Of a DNA stretch of 64,000 nt, positions 1 through 12,794 are shown one piece after another. The position numbers were made by a program, and so were the translations under genes. Under the pieces are notes generated by a model. The model saw only the letters and a list, made by a program, of their open reading frames with translations, had not been told where the DNA came from and made no database searches. The DNA comes from Sphagnum compactum (Eukaryota): NCBI GenBank assembly GCA_965153455.1, contig OZ234494.1, positions 5,146,001 to 5,210,000 on the forward strand, in the 5' to 3' direction. Within the stretch, counting starts at the first letter, position 1, and each line of letters begins with the position of its first letter.

Positions 1-258
1 CACGCGACTCAAATTAAGAAGTCACTGTGACTTGGCGTGTCACGTGTTTGCTGATACGCCACGTCCTGGTCCCCTGCCCCCTCAACGAACTCTTCTTTCA
101 CGCAACTCAAATTGGGTAAGAAAGGGGTCAAGGTGTTTGCTGACACACCACGCCCCCGACCCCCCGACCCCCCCCCCCCCCCCAAAACTCTTCTTTCACG
201 CCACTCAAATTAAGTAAGAAAGGGGTCAAGGTGTTTGCTGTTACGCCAAGTCCTGGTA
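1..258. repeat. ~98-bp tandem repeat, about 3 copies (first truncated by window edge)
   Basis: Motif (actcttcttt)cacgcNactcaaatt..taagaaaggggtcaaggtgtttgctg..acgcc recurs at ~1, ~89 and ~187. Confidence 0.7.
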
Positions 259-927
259 TAAAACCCCTGCAAAAAAGAAATTCAAAGATCCCGAAAAACA
301 GCAGCAGCGTTTTGATTTTTAAAAAGAAAAAAAAAGCAGCAGTTGCCGGAGGAGCAATACAGTAGCAGGAAAAGGAAGAATCCTGGAGTCTTGTGCCCCC
401 CCAAAGTCCAGGAAATCCTGTTCATCAGATTCCACGAGACTTGGTACTTACTCTCTTCTGTCACTCTATGATTGGCCACAGCCGACCGTCTCCTCCTCTC
501 TCACCATCATTGGTCGATGGAAGAATCAACGAAAGCTGTAAGTTGAACGAAAATCAACCGCTCATGATCATCCGTTGATCCATGAATCAATGAGGAAAGG
601 AATGTCGCAAGCTGGAACAAAATCATGGCTACGCAGTGCCTTTTCTTTGGTGGCGAAATTTCGCCATTTTGTGGAACATGTTCTCAAAAAAGAATACTCT
701 GTCACAAATTCCCTGTTTTTTGAAGAAAACTAATTCCCTTTGCACGCTGTCGAATTCTCGTTTTTCTGTTGTTGTTGTTCCTTCTAGAGTTCTGATTGGA
801 CTGAATTTTTGGTGGAAGAGTGTGAGTGAAGATGGCTTGAGGAGTAAGAGAAGGAAAAAAACCAAAAGAAAGAGAAAGAGGAGGAAGAGTAGTTTATTGT
901 AGGATAAAGCCCTAGGTCCACGGCATT

Positions 928-1867
928 TATGGAATTCCAAAAAGGCCATGCATGTGAGGCAGTTTTTTCTCTTTGGCCTAGTGGAAAATCAGAAAAGATT
1001 CCCTGGCCTTGCATCCCTAGACATTACAACCTCTCAGTGTCTTGTCCTGAGCCTTGGACCATTTCATCTTAGGCCCATAGCTACCTAAGGTTATTGGGAA
1101 TACATGTTAAAAACGATTAAATAAAATTAATCAGTGTTTTTAACATCAGCATATATTACATTCAAAAAGGCCATCCATGAAGGCATGATTTATTATAAAT
1201 TTGGCTTAGGCTTGGGGTAAGCACCAGAATATTCTTTTGATTTGAAGTCCTTGGGCATGTCCTAAATAGGGCCTCAGGTCATCATGTACAAGATCCCAAG
1301 TAGTCAAAAGTCATTTTGTGTGAGCCCCAAGCCACCATGTCCTAGACCCAAGGCTGCCTGGGATTGGGACATAGCAACCTAGGCACTAGAACATGGTGGC
1401 TTGGGGCTCACACAAAATGACCCTTGGCTACTTGGGGTCTTGGACGTGAGGACCTGGGACCCTACTTAGAACATGTCCAAGGACTCCAAACTGAGAAAAT
1501 ATTTCGGTGCCTACCCCAAGCCTAAGTCAAATGCATAATAAATCATGTCTTCATGGATGACCTTTTTGGATGTAACATATGCTGATGTAAAAAATACTGA
1601 TTAATTTTATACACTCGTTTTCAACAACATGTGTTCCCAATAATCCTGGGTAGCTATGGGCCCAAGATGAAATGGCCCAGGGCTCAGGACAAAACACTGA
1701 AAGGTTTGTAATGTCCCAGGGCTCAGGACAAAACACTGCAAGGATTGTAATGTCCCAGGTCAGGGAATCTTTTGTGATTTTCCCCCAGGCCAGGCCCAAG
1801 CCAAAACTCTCATTTTTTACCTTCCTCACATGCATTCATGCATGCGTGGTTTCTTTGGAATTCCGCA
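928..1867. mobile_element. Foldback (near-fully palindromic) non-autonomous DNA transposon
   Basis: Arm 928-1357 is the reverse complement of 1374-1867 around a 16-nt loop, including a perfect 31-bp stretch 1310-1340/1391-1421. Termini TATGGAATTCC...GGAATTCCGCA are flanked by direct GGCATT (922-927, 1868-1873). Confidence 0.85.
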
Positions 1868-2422
1868 GGCATTACCAAAATAAGGGCGCACAAGGCTTTA
1901 GTCGAGTGCAGGCCTGATTTTGGTGATGGCCTCATCCGAGGGCTTTAGCCAATGATAAGAACTGCCAGAAATTCAGTGGAGAAACCGAGGCGAAACAGGA
2001 GGGGTGCGTTCTGAAAAACGAAATGCCGTCCCTGCTCCTCGTGGATGAAAATTATGCTTTATAAGGTTACCTCCAGATACACTGCAAAATTTCTGGAGCT
2101 GATGGGAAATAAGCAGCCGGGGTACTTTCACTTCGTACAGAATGGGTTACGTGCAGATGGACGTCATCATGTACTTGAGAAGATAGTGGAGCAGGAGTGA
2201 AGAAGAACAAAGGGAGATTTTCTAGCCTAGTGTTTGTTTGTAGATGGTAGCTGGCGACAACGGGAGAGGTTTGGTGGCAAGAGCAGAAGAATTTGTTGTG
2301 GGGGATTTCGAGAATTGAGATGGGATCTCAAAATTACCAACAACAGCAGTAGCAGCAGCAGCTTCTGGACGCTTTTGCTGCAACGGATTTGTTGTCGTAG
2401 ATACACTATCATTATTAGCACC

Positions 2423-5101
2423 ATGGTGACACAGGCGTTGTGGCGGAGGAAGGCAGTGCGGCAGCCGCAGCGAAATGGCCACACGGAGCTGGCGAAGAGG
2501 CTCCGTGTCATGGACCTCATCTCCATTGGTTTGTAATCTTTGTTTTCTCTTTCCTCCTGCTGGCTCCCTGGCCGCTTGAATTTGGGAGATCCTAGTCTGA
2601 GCTGGTTGGGTGTCAGTTGGAATTGCCATCTTCTACCATTTCGATCACTTGGGTACTCGACCATCCTACTAGTGATCTGATCAGAATAGCAGTATAGAGA
2701 TCCAATCGAATTTGATTCAGATTTGGCAAGTATCATGCCAGACGGCATGTGGAATTTGCAAAATTGTGAAAACGTGGATGTGGAATTTGCTTTGTTGTTG
2801 TTCAAGCTGGTTATGTGGGCAAGGATGATGGCATGTGGATGTGCTCATCTTACCATCTATAGCGGCTTTGTGGCAGGATGTATGATGCTATGCAGTGCAT
2901 CTGAGATAGATGTGTACACACAATGCAGGAATAGGGTCAACGATAGGAGCAGGGGTGTATGTGCTGGTCGGAACAGTGGCCCGGGAGCGAGCAGGGCCAG
3001 CCCTCACAGTGTCATTCCTTATTGCTGGAATTGCTGCAGCTCTTGCAGCTCTGTGCTATGCTGAGCTTTCAAGTCGCCTTCCTTCGGCCGGTAGTGCCTA
3101 CCACTATGCCTACACATGTGTGGGTGAAGGGTATGTATGAGCTCACTCCTTTGATTTCCATCTCGTGCTTTATGTTTTCTGTCTCCTTTGGGTTTTTCTT
3201 TGGGGCAAAACCCAAAGCTACTTACAAGAGCCAAACTTCAGTTCAGTCTTGTTCTAAGGAGTGTCAAGGTAGAGATCAAATGAAAGCTTGCATTTTCAGT
3301 CCTTGGTGCACAAGGAGCAATTAAAGGTCATGGGTACAGTAGAGGCAATCCAGAGATGATCATTGTGTGCTGCTTTGTGTGCAGGGTGGCATGGATAATT
3401 GGGTGGGCTCTCATCTTGGAGTACACAGTGGGTGGCTCTACTGTTGCGCGGGGTATCTCACCAAACTTGGGAATCTTTTTTGGAGGCCAAGAGAACTTGC
3501 CGGCATGGTTAGGTCGGCATACCATTCCGGGGATTGATGTTGTGGTCGATCCCTGCGCTGGGCTTTTGGTGGTGGTCGTTACAGGACTCCTGTGCTTGGG
3601 CATTCGGGAGAGTGCAAGGGTGCAGTCCGTGATGGTAATTATCAACATTCTAGTGCTGCTATTTGTGGTGGGAGCAGGTTCATGGGTGGGGTTTTCCAGT
3701 GGCTGGCAGGGCTACTACCAGTCTCAAGGCTATCTACCCTATGGAGTCAACGGAATGCTTGGAGGTGCAGCAACACTTTTCTTCGCATATATTGGTTTTG
3801 ACACTGTTGCCAGTACAGCAGAGGAGGTGAAGCATCCACAGCGAGATCTCCCTTTGGGCATTGGGTTTTCTCTCTTCATCTGTGCAAGCTTGTATATGTT
3901 GGTCTCTGCTGTAATTGTGGGCCTCGTTCCCTTCAATCTGATAGACCCAGACACACCTCTGTCTTCTGCATTCAATGACCATGGCATGCCCTGGGCCACA
4001 TATGTTGTAGCAGCAGGTGCAGTAGCAGCATTGTCAACTGCCCTTATGGGATCACTTTTGCCTCAGCCCAGAATATTGATGGCAATGGCACGTGATGGCC
4101 TGCTCCCACCCTTCTTCTCCACCCTCCACCCAGTAACAGCTGTACCTGTCAACAGTACCTTGATTACAGGATTAGTTGCAGCACTCATGGCATTCTCTAT
4201 GAGTGTGGACCAGCTTTCTGGCATGGTGAGTGTGGGGACATTGTCAGCCTTCACAATGGTTGCCGTGTCCCTACTAATTCTGAGATATGTGCCACCTCCT
4301 GAGGTTTCAAAGGCAGTCATCATCCAAGTTCTCCCTGACAAGGGTCCTCCTCCGTCATCTGTGCACATTTCACCATCAAGGCCAGTTTTTGCCAAAGGCA
4401 GTGCCATCTTCTCACCTATATTGTCAATTTTTTCAGATGCATCCCTGCAAACACTGCCTGGTAATAATGGACTTGAAGATGATTCTCCATCATCAGCAAG
4501 CAGCAGTGGCTCTCTTCTACTCCAGGATGAGGTGGATGATGAGCCAGAGGTGAATGCAACAGCAGCAGCCCCAGACGAATCCCCTGCCATGAGTTCACAA
4601 ATGGCACTTCACAAATCTTTGCTGTATGCAGATGAAAGTAGAACTTCACCTGAGTCAAATGATGATATAAGGCGATGGGCAGCTGTATTTGCAATAACTG
4701 GAGTTTGTGTCGGTGTCATCCTCATCAGCCTGGCTACTGCTGCAGAGGAACTTCCAATATCCATTCGATGGACTCTGGGAGTGTTGGGCACTCCATCCTT
4801 TGTGGCTGCATCAACAGTTTTGTTTTTGATTGAGCAAGATGAAGGCCGTCATAAGTTTGGGCAAGCAGGAAGCTTCCATTGTCCCTGGGTACCAGCATTA
4901 CCATTGGGGAGCATTCTCGTAAATTTTTACTTGCTCGTGAATCTTGGGCTCCCGACATGGTTGCGTGTTTCAGTCTGGTTAGTTTTGGGGGTCGTGGTGT
5001 ATATGGTCTATGGAATGAGTCACAGCCAACTTGCAATGGAATTGCCCAAGGAGGACCAAACCACCATGAGTTCCAAGCTACTGCCAGACATACAAGTGTG
5101 A
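2423..5101 (+). CDS. CAT2: Cationic amino acid transporter (APC superfamily, CAT2/3/4 vacuolar-type), ~674 aa
   Basis: Exons 2423-2528, 2929-3130, 3385-5101 with GT-AG introns in consistent phase (2025 nt). Motifs [81 protein letters not shown] match plant CAT2-4. The start codon is less certain because the frame stays open upstream to ~2234. Confidence 0.93.
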
Positions 5102-6495
5102 GTGCTTCAAACTCGTTGCAGTAGTAGGACTGTTGTCCACCCTTTTAAACAAAATAACTTGGGTTTATCATTTGGGAACCCCCTCTGACTGCATGGATGA
5201 GAAGGAACTGCAAAATGGCTTTCAACAAGGAGCACATCTCAACATGACATCGAATCATCGAGTTTTGTGGCTCATCTGTAATGAGCAACAAAATGTTTTT
5301 TTTTAGTTATAATAGTCCCAAGTCAAGTTCCATTGGCAATCTGCAAGGGTGGCCAATTCCACCTACAAATTGATGTAAATGACTCATATTGTTCAAATCA
5401 AGGAGTGCTCATGGCTATACTGCAGCATTTTAGGAGTTTCCAGCACTATTCTCAAGCAGAGATCTGTTGTAATTTTATTGTCATGGCTGCTGCAGCCATT
5501 CTAAAGATACTATGTTTTTGCACCAACAAATGTAAGCTTGCAATTATAAATATGGTGACAATTGCAAGCCTACATAGATTACTCTGAGATGGAGATTGTT
5601 TAACTGGAGAGCAGTGTTGTGGACATTTCATTGTGCAAAACAAGGCTAACTGTGACCTAACTTGGGGTACATTTACGCTATTTTTAGTGCCTGTAGTATG
5701 CTCCCAACATGCTGGTAAGAACTTAGAAGAGAGTGAGATGAGTTTTCATTCCCCATGATATTTGGCAAACAATCCTAATTTCTCTCTCTTCTGGAAGATC
5801 TCCATTATATTGGATTACAGGAAATCACAAGTTATGGGATAAAGGTGTAGGACCACTAGATGTACCCTTATGCATAACCTATGCTTTCTTCCATATCTGG
5901 TCACTTGTATTTCAGCCTTTCAGTTTTGGTAGGTCCAAGTAATTTCTTGAATCTTTTCAGGAGCTTGTGCTGCCCAAAACAAATACCCTAGTACCTTTGC
6001 CAATTCGACACTAATTATATTATTTTCAGAAATGTTGAAATTTTCAAAAATTATTTTTTCCAATCAAAAAATATTGTGAAGGATAATAGTTAATAGTTAG
6101 GAATATTCCATTTGTTGCAATGAGTTTTTCAAAATTAATTAATTAATCAACGGACATGTGTTGAAAATGGCCAAGGTACTACTACTGTGTAACCCAAGAA
6201 CTGGTGTGGGTGTGGTTTCAGGGGGCGCCTGCATAGTTCTGTGGAAAGTTGAAAACATTGAGACCAAAAACATCTGGAGCTATGCTTGGTCCTATACCTA
6301 TGTGGTTATGGGTTCAAATCTGCCTGCCAGGATAGTACATGCAATAGCTTTTAGAATTTATAGTTCATTTTTTCATCCTGCAAACAGCCCCTTTGAACGG
6401 TGCAGTCCCATGCAGGACTGCGAACTGACACCCACAAACTTAGGAGGGGGGTTTTTTATGTGCCCTGTCAAATTTGAGCTCTTTGGTAGCTAGCT

Positions 6496-6750
6496 AAACA
6501 AGGGGCGTGTCACGCTGTGGCCTTGCCATTTACATTAAAAAAGTATCTTAAGGCAAAAGAAGATTTATGGAAATTCAAATATTTCACCATGCAAACAATA
6601 TAATCTTCCAAAAAACTCCTCTAAGAGAAACTCAAATCCTTCAAGATATCATAACCCTATAACTAATCTCAAGTTTCAACACGAGCCAAAATATCATCTT
6701 TCAAAAATCCTCATATGAAAATAAACCTACTACCTAGGGGCCAATATCCC
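6496..6750. repeat. ~255-bp interspersed repeat, copy 1
   Basis: aaacaaggggcgtgtcacgctgtggccttgccatttacatt...cctaggggccaatatccc aligns end to end with 18090-18340. Confidence 0.85.
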
Positions 6751-7929
6751 TTAAGCTACTATACTCTATAATGAGTCTAAACACAATATCCTTGCCTTCG
6801 TTAGCAAGGCCGATAAATAGCCTGTTACTCCGGGAGTTAATGTGTTGTCATTGGGCTCGACAGAGAGCTCTTGTAAAGACCAATTTTGGTTGGTATTGGG
6901 TTTTTGACAAGTCAGGTTGCCAAGAATTAGCCCAAAAAGTGTATATATGGGAGAACACCCACCCTAGACCAGGCAGACAATCTCCCTAAGACCCCCCCCC
7001 CCAACAAACGTGGTCTGGGAAAAGCTAAGTGGTGTGAAGGTTCAACCACTTTACACTTTGAAGTTCACAGGCATTGGGTGCAGTTTTTCCGTGGTGGCTA
7101 AACCTTTTGTGCAACTCAGGTGGATGAGGACGAGCATTGTGATGTCCAATGAATTTGTAGGTGAATTTTTTCTTCAATGATAGCCCATTTTCTACAAATT
7201 TCATGCTTCCCCTACTCTCATGCCTCACAACCACACATATTGTCCAAGGTATCATTTGTATGTTATTTTTCAGTTTTCAATTTTTTTAGATCCTCAAACA
7301 TAGGTACACCTTTTATTAACAATGATACTACCTATCAACTACTACCTATTAACCTAATTACTACTTATTAATTAATCTAGCTTACTAATTAATGTAGCAT
7401 GTGTGACGCTTGGGTTAAGCCTAAAGCTAGGCCACATGACATTTAGGTTAGGCCTAAATTTAGGCCATTTCATGTGACATCTAGGCTACAACTAGAATTA
7501 GGTCACCTAGGCAAGCCATATAACACTTAACTTAGTCTAGGGCTAAGTAGTGTGGGCCGTTTAGACAAGCAAGGTACATAAGTAGGTAAGAACTTTAGCC
7601 TAGGTAAGTAGGTAGGTAGCCAAGCTTTTATATTATTATATACCACTAGTTGCATATTAGTTGCATACAGAACCATGAGGTAGTCATGTATGCAACTAAA
7701 AAGGTTTAAAATAATATACTTGGATGACAAATCACAAAAAATCATTGATGTTGTTATTTTTTAACACCATGTATTGCAACCTAATTGCATAAACAATCAT
7801 ATGTTTTGAAAATTATATTATTGCAAGTTTTTAGTTGTAAGAATAACCAATACAATCACAAATGACAACCAATTGCATGTCGTTGCAAACAATTTTATTT
7901 TTTCTAAATGTATAAGCTCCAAAGTCCAA

Positions 7930-8700
7930 ATTCATAACACTTATCTTAAACATTCACAAATTGAAACATGAAAGTGAAGAGAAAAGTATCATTCACAAAC
8001 TACAAGTAACACCTATGATTATATAGGAAGTTTGAATTGCCATCGGTTAGGTTGAACATTCACAAGTTAAAAACTGATAGCATTGATAAACTAAATCAAT
8101 ATACAATTGTGTTGAGCTCCATTTCACAACATTAATTTTTACATGCCCAAATTGAAAAATGATCGCTTGAAAAAAGTTTGTGTTCAATCTAGATTTGGTT
8201 ACAATAAACTATAATTCATAATACCAATATTAAAAATCGCGTTACCACCTACAAAAAGCTTATGAGATCCAAACACAATGCAAATGTTGTTTAAACTCCA
8301 ATTCACAACATTGAACATTGAACATCACAATTGAAACATGACAACCCAAGAAAGTTTATGAAATCCATACGTAGTCACTACAAATTGTGATTCTCAACTT
8401 TGACAAGCTTAACATCTTTAAGTTGAAACATGGCAATTAAAAAAGAATGTAAAACTCCAAAGATAGTTGTTATTAGTTGCAAATCACAACATTTGACATG
8501 TTAAACATTCTTGAATTGAAACATAGAATTTTGAAAACACCTAACAATTCTTAATGCAATTGTTGCAAACTTCAAATTTGACATTTCACTTGACACCTTA
8601 AAACTAAAATTCCTAATCCATATATGACAATTTGCACAAAACCAAATCAACTTCAAATGCTACTACTACCACAACCTTGAACTGAACATTGCCATGGAAC
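7930..8700. repeat. Degenerate ~90-bp minisatellite
   Basis: Motif ttraacattcacaarttgaaacatg at ~7947, 8052, 8138, 8317, 8409, 8501. Confidence 0.55.
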
Positions 8701-8855
8701 ATGAAAAAGACCAACTTGAAAATAATTTGAATTTGATTGCAACCATATTATAATTATTGTTTACATATTATTTCAATTTGCAAACCCTAAATTAAAAAAT
8801 CACAACAATGAAAGATGAAAAAGTTTTGAAGAATTTCTACAAATTGAACAATAGA

Positions 8856-9288
8856 TGTAGGCCAAATATTTACTACATTTATTACTAAATTTTATTCAAA
8901 TAGGTAGATTTCACAAATAACATTAATTAAAATTTCCAAAAGGGATCCAAAAAATATGCCTAGAAGATCTTAGAAAGCCTAGTTGGCAAAAATTTATAAA
9001 ATTTTAGTTGATGGAAGTTTCTAATAGGTTTAGCTATCAAAATTTAATTAAAAGCTTATGAATTTTTACAAGGTTAGATAATAGAGTTATAAATCCCAAA
9101 TGCACCACCCCTCAATTCCACAAACACAAAGTTGTGGCCTACATACTATGCTTTTATTTCAAACATAGCTTTGTATCATGCCTTATTTAATCAACAAAGT
9201 CTTCTACTTTTCATTCATTACTAAATCTTTAATTAGTTTTGTGAAGTCCATGTAGTTCTTCCTTGAAGATTTTTGCTTATCCTTGACA
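8856..9288 (+). mobile_element. Degenerate LTR (probable 5' LTR of a Ty3/gypsy relic)
   Basis: Shares tttgtatcatgc, aagtccatgtagttctt and terminal tcc(t/a)tgaca with the LTR at 26580-26962, and is followed by a gag remnant. Left boundary approximate. Confidence 0.5.
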
Positions 9289-9534
9289 ACTTAACAAAAA
9301 TTCTTGTCAAATTGTCTCACATCTTGGTGAATCGCAATGGAAGACTCCATTGCCATGATTGTTACAACATTGCATTGTCTTCAATGGAAAATTCAAGAAT
9401 GTCCAACACCAAGCCGATTCATCACAATCTTACACCTAATTTTATAGTATCTTTAACAACAAATCCAAAAACTTCATGAAACCAATATTCGTTGCCTTGA
9501 AACTTTAAACATTGCTCAACCTCCATAACCACAT

Positions 9535-9875
9535 GCTTGAAAGAACCCAAATTCAACTTCCTTGAAAGATTCAATGAGACAAGAGAAAAAAATTGAAGTT
9601 TTATTTAACATTGAACTCTTCATCCATTTGCAATCCACTGGATACCCCGATAGTGCTTACCAAGTTGGATTGGTTGGGATTCTCCTTTCAAGAATGGCCT
9701 TGTTATGGTTTCCACCATTTCTTAAAAGGAATTTACCATAGTTCTATGATTTTGATGTTTTCATTGCATAAATTAATGCAACATTTCATGAAGTCGATTG
9801 GATAAACATAATAAAAGGAGTGACACTTGGTTTGGGGACAATTGTTAAAATTTGTAACCCTACAAAGTTGAAAAT
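9535..9875 (+). pseudogene. Ty3/gypsy gag remnant
   Basis: Frame-disrupted KEPKFNFLERFNETR..IELFIHLQSTGYPDSAYQVGLVGILLSRMALLWF resembles the chromovirus-type gag pattern KEP.I.LP.KFDG.R...QVGLVGTLLSG.AL.WF. Confidence 0.6.
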
Positions 9876-9879
9876 TCAC

Positions 9880-12664
9880 CATCAGTACAAAAAATCATGT
9901 TTTTTTTTATTGGAAAAATCAGTCAAAAAGGCTCCCATTTGGGTCTTTTTACCCCCCTGTTCAATTTGACCAAAGTGTCAGTTTAGACGAATCAACATAG
10001 TCTTTTTGACTAAGGTCTTTTTTACCAATGGGTTATGGGACATTTTGACTAGTCAAAATAATCAATTGTCAATTTGGCCACTAGTCAATTAAGCCATCAT
10101 TATTTATGGTTTGATGTGCCATCATTATATTACATCTTTCAAGGTGACATGGCATCATATGTTGCAAAAAGTAGGTAGGTAAATACCTACCTATACCTTA
10201 TCTACAACCGTACATTTACAATGTACATGTACATTGTATACATGACCACATACAAATTTTATACACATAGTTTGCTCAATTTTGAACCCAAGACCTCATG
10301 GAATCATCCCAATGCCTTTGCCATCAAACTACACCACCTTTTGTAGGTGGTGTAAAATCAACATATATTATATTCATGCTCAAATGTTTTTTTTGAAAAA
10401 TGTAAATTATGATTCTTTTAGTTCAAACCCACTATGTGATTAAACAAAACAAGGTAAGTAAATAGGGTAGGGTAAACTAAAGTAGGGTAAAATAGGTAGT
10501 GTGTTAACATGGGGAAGTAAGTAAGTAAGTAAGTAAGTAAGTAGGTATGTAGGTGGTAAGTAGGTAAGTAAATAGGTAGTTAAGTAAGTGGGATAAGTAA
10601 ATAAGTTAGGTGGGTAGGTATGTAGGTAGGTTGTTAAATTAGGTAGGTAGGTATGTAAATAAGGCAAATAGGTAGGTTGTAAATAGGTAGGTAGGTAGGT
10701 CCTAGATATATTTAACCTACCTAACTAGCCTAAAGCTAGGTCTTTAGGCAATTATGTACCTTGTTAGGCTTAGTTTGGATACCTAACTTAACCTATTGAC
10801 GTAGTTACTTTTTTATGGCTAATTAGGCTACATATAACTTAGTTTAAAAAGCCTTGGCCAAAGATATTTACTTACACTAGTAGAAAATGGTCATTTTGCG
10901 ACTGGTCCATGTGACTAATTTTTAGTTGCAAGCGACATTTGCAACTAAAATTCTAATAGCCGCGTTGGACAAGTCGCATTGATACTAGTTGCAAATGACA
11001 ACGAATTTTGGATGAAAGAAAAGTCAACAAAATACGTTTTCATCTTGTGATTAGCCATATACGTATTGTCGTTTGCAACTAAGATGCGACTTTTTGGGTG
11101 AACAATGGGAACAAGTTATGTGTTGCCACGTGTCCCAACTTTTAATAATTGAAAATGTTTTATTATTATTTTGAAATAATCTAAGATGTTTAATTTTTAT
11201 GTCTGGATGGTTTAGATTGTGACACGTGGTGCAATAAAAATTTGCCACGTGGCATATTAATTGATATTTTTCAAATTAAATTTAAATCAATATTTAAGTA
11301 TGTAGGTTGCATTAAGTACCTACCTACCCATTTAGGCTAAACACCTATCTAAATAGGACCTATTTACCTACCTAGGCCAAATACCTACTTAGGTAGGTAG
11401 GTAGGTAAAAAAATAGGTAAGCAAGTTAAGGAAGTAGGTAGTTAGGTGTATATACATGAATATTTATATTATACTTTGGGTCAAGTCATATTTAATGACT
11501 CATCCCATATGCCCATCTATTTTCATATGTAAATGTAAGACAAAACACATTGTTTATATATTTTTCAAGATGGGAATGAAAGCCAAAACATATGGGATAA
11601 ACTTTTTAGTTGCAAGTCGTTTACGACTAAAAAATGTTTTAGTCGTAAACGACTTGCAACTAAAAAGTTTATCCCATATGTTTTGGTTATCATTCTCAAA
11701 TTGAAAAGTATATAATTAAGTAAATAAGTGACACCTAACTAGTTAACTAATTAACTAATATAATTATTAATTATTTAACGAATGAAATATAGAAAAATAA
11801 ATTAATAAACTTGCTAATTAATTAATAAACAACTTAACTAGAAACTAACTATTTATTTATAGTAATAATAATCAATCTTTTATTATTACTGAATTTATTA
11901 TATTATTATATTATTATTAATTTATTTATTAGTTAGATAAACCATAATATTATAATAATTTATCAATCAATTTAATTAACTAGTAATTGGCTAATATTGA
12001 AATATTTAGCTAATTATTACTAAGTAATAAATTATTATTTCGTAACCAAATAAATTAATATAATAACTGAAATATTCAGTATTTAATTATTAATAACTAT
12101 TAATTATAAATATTGACTATTAGGTTTTTTAAATCTAATAATATAATTAAAACCTAGCCTAGGCTAACTATTTTATTATAATTATTCCCATTATTATTTT
12201 CATTTATATAGTTAATAGTAAATATATAAGTAAATATTTAATAATAAAAATATCATTAATTCAATTATTATTGTAGCTAGTTGGTAGCCAAGGTTAACTA
12301 TTTTATTATTATTATTCATATTATTAATTCAGTCATTAATTGATTTATGAAATATTACAATAAATATTATATATTTTAAATAATTATATTTGTCCTTCGA
12401 AAATAATTTCTGCATTTGTATAATAATTTATTAGATTTCCATTCTTCAATGTTACACTCAACTAAAAAACATTTACCATTCTGACTAAGGTTGTACAACT
12501 TGACTAGATGTATCTAGTCAAATAAATCATTATAATCAAATTGATTAGTCAAAAATATATGTCATTCAAGCCCCTAACCTTTAGTCAAAATGTACATGTC
12601 AATTAGTCAAAAATGACAAATTAATGAACTTGAATATTAAAAAAAACCATGATTTGTAGTAGTG
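9880..12664. mobile_element. Non-autonomous CACTA-like element interrupting the gag relic
   Basis: Right end ...aaaaccatgatttgtagtagtg (reverse complement CACTACTACAAATCATGG) versus degenerate left catcagtacaaaaaatcatg. Subterminal ttgact/agtcaaaa repeats at both ends and TAGG-type simple repeats inside. No clean TSD. Confidence 0.5.
10875..11800 (+). mobile_element. CACTA-type element left end (nested)
   Basis: Starts CACTAGTAGAAAATGGTC with many ttgcaactaaaa/tttagttgcaa subterminal repeats. Right end not identified. Confidence 0.55.
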
Positions 12665-12794
12665 GTTATTCTTTTTGTCTTTGAAACATCCTAACATAGT
12701 TTCCATTAACATTATCATTTCTAATGTCCAATTTTGCCATTATTGTCATCCCCCATTGTTTACACCATTTCTTTGATTGCCAAAAACATCTTTC

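Noticed and set aside
1855-1880. Minus-strand GGTAATGCCTGCG resembles part of the TPP riboswitch
   Set aside because: No CUGAGA or P1-P4 context. It is simply the foldback terminus plus TSD.
10278-10338. tRNA-like sequence on the minus strand (ggtgtagtttgatggcaaaggc...gaggtcttgggttcaaa)
   Set aside because: No intact cloverleaf or anticodon arm. It is embedded in a transposon relic, so at most a SINE-like remnant.
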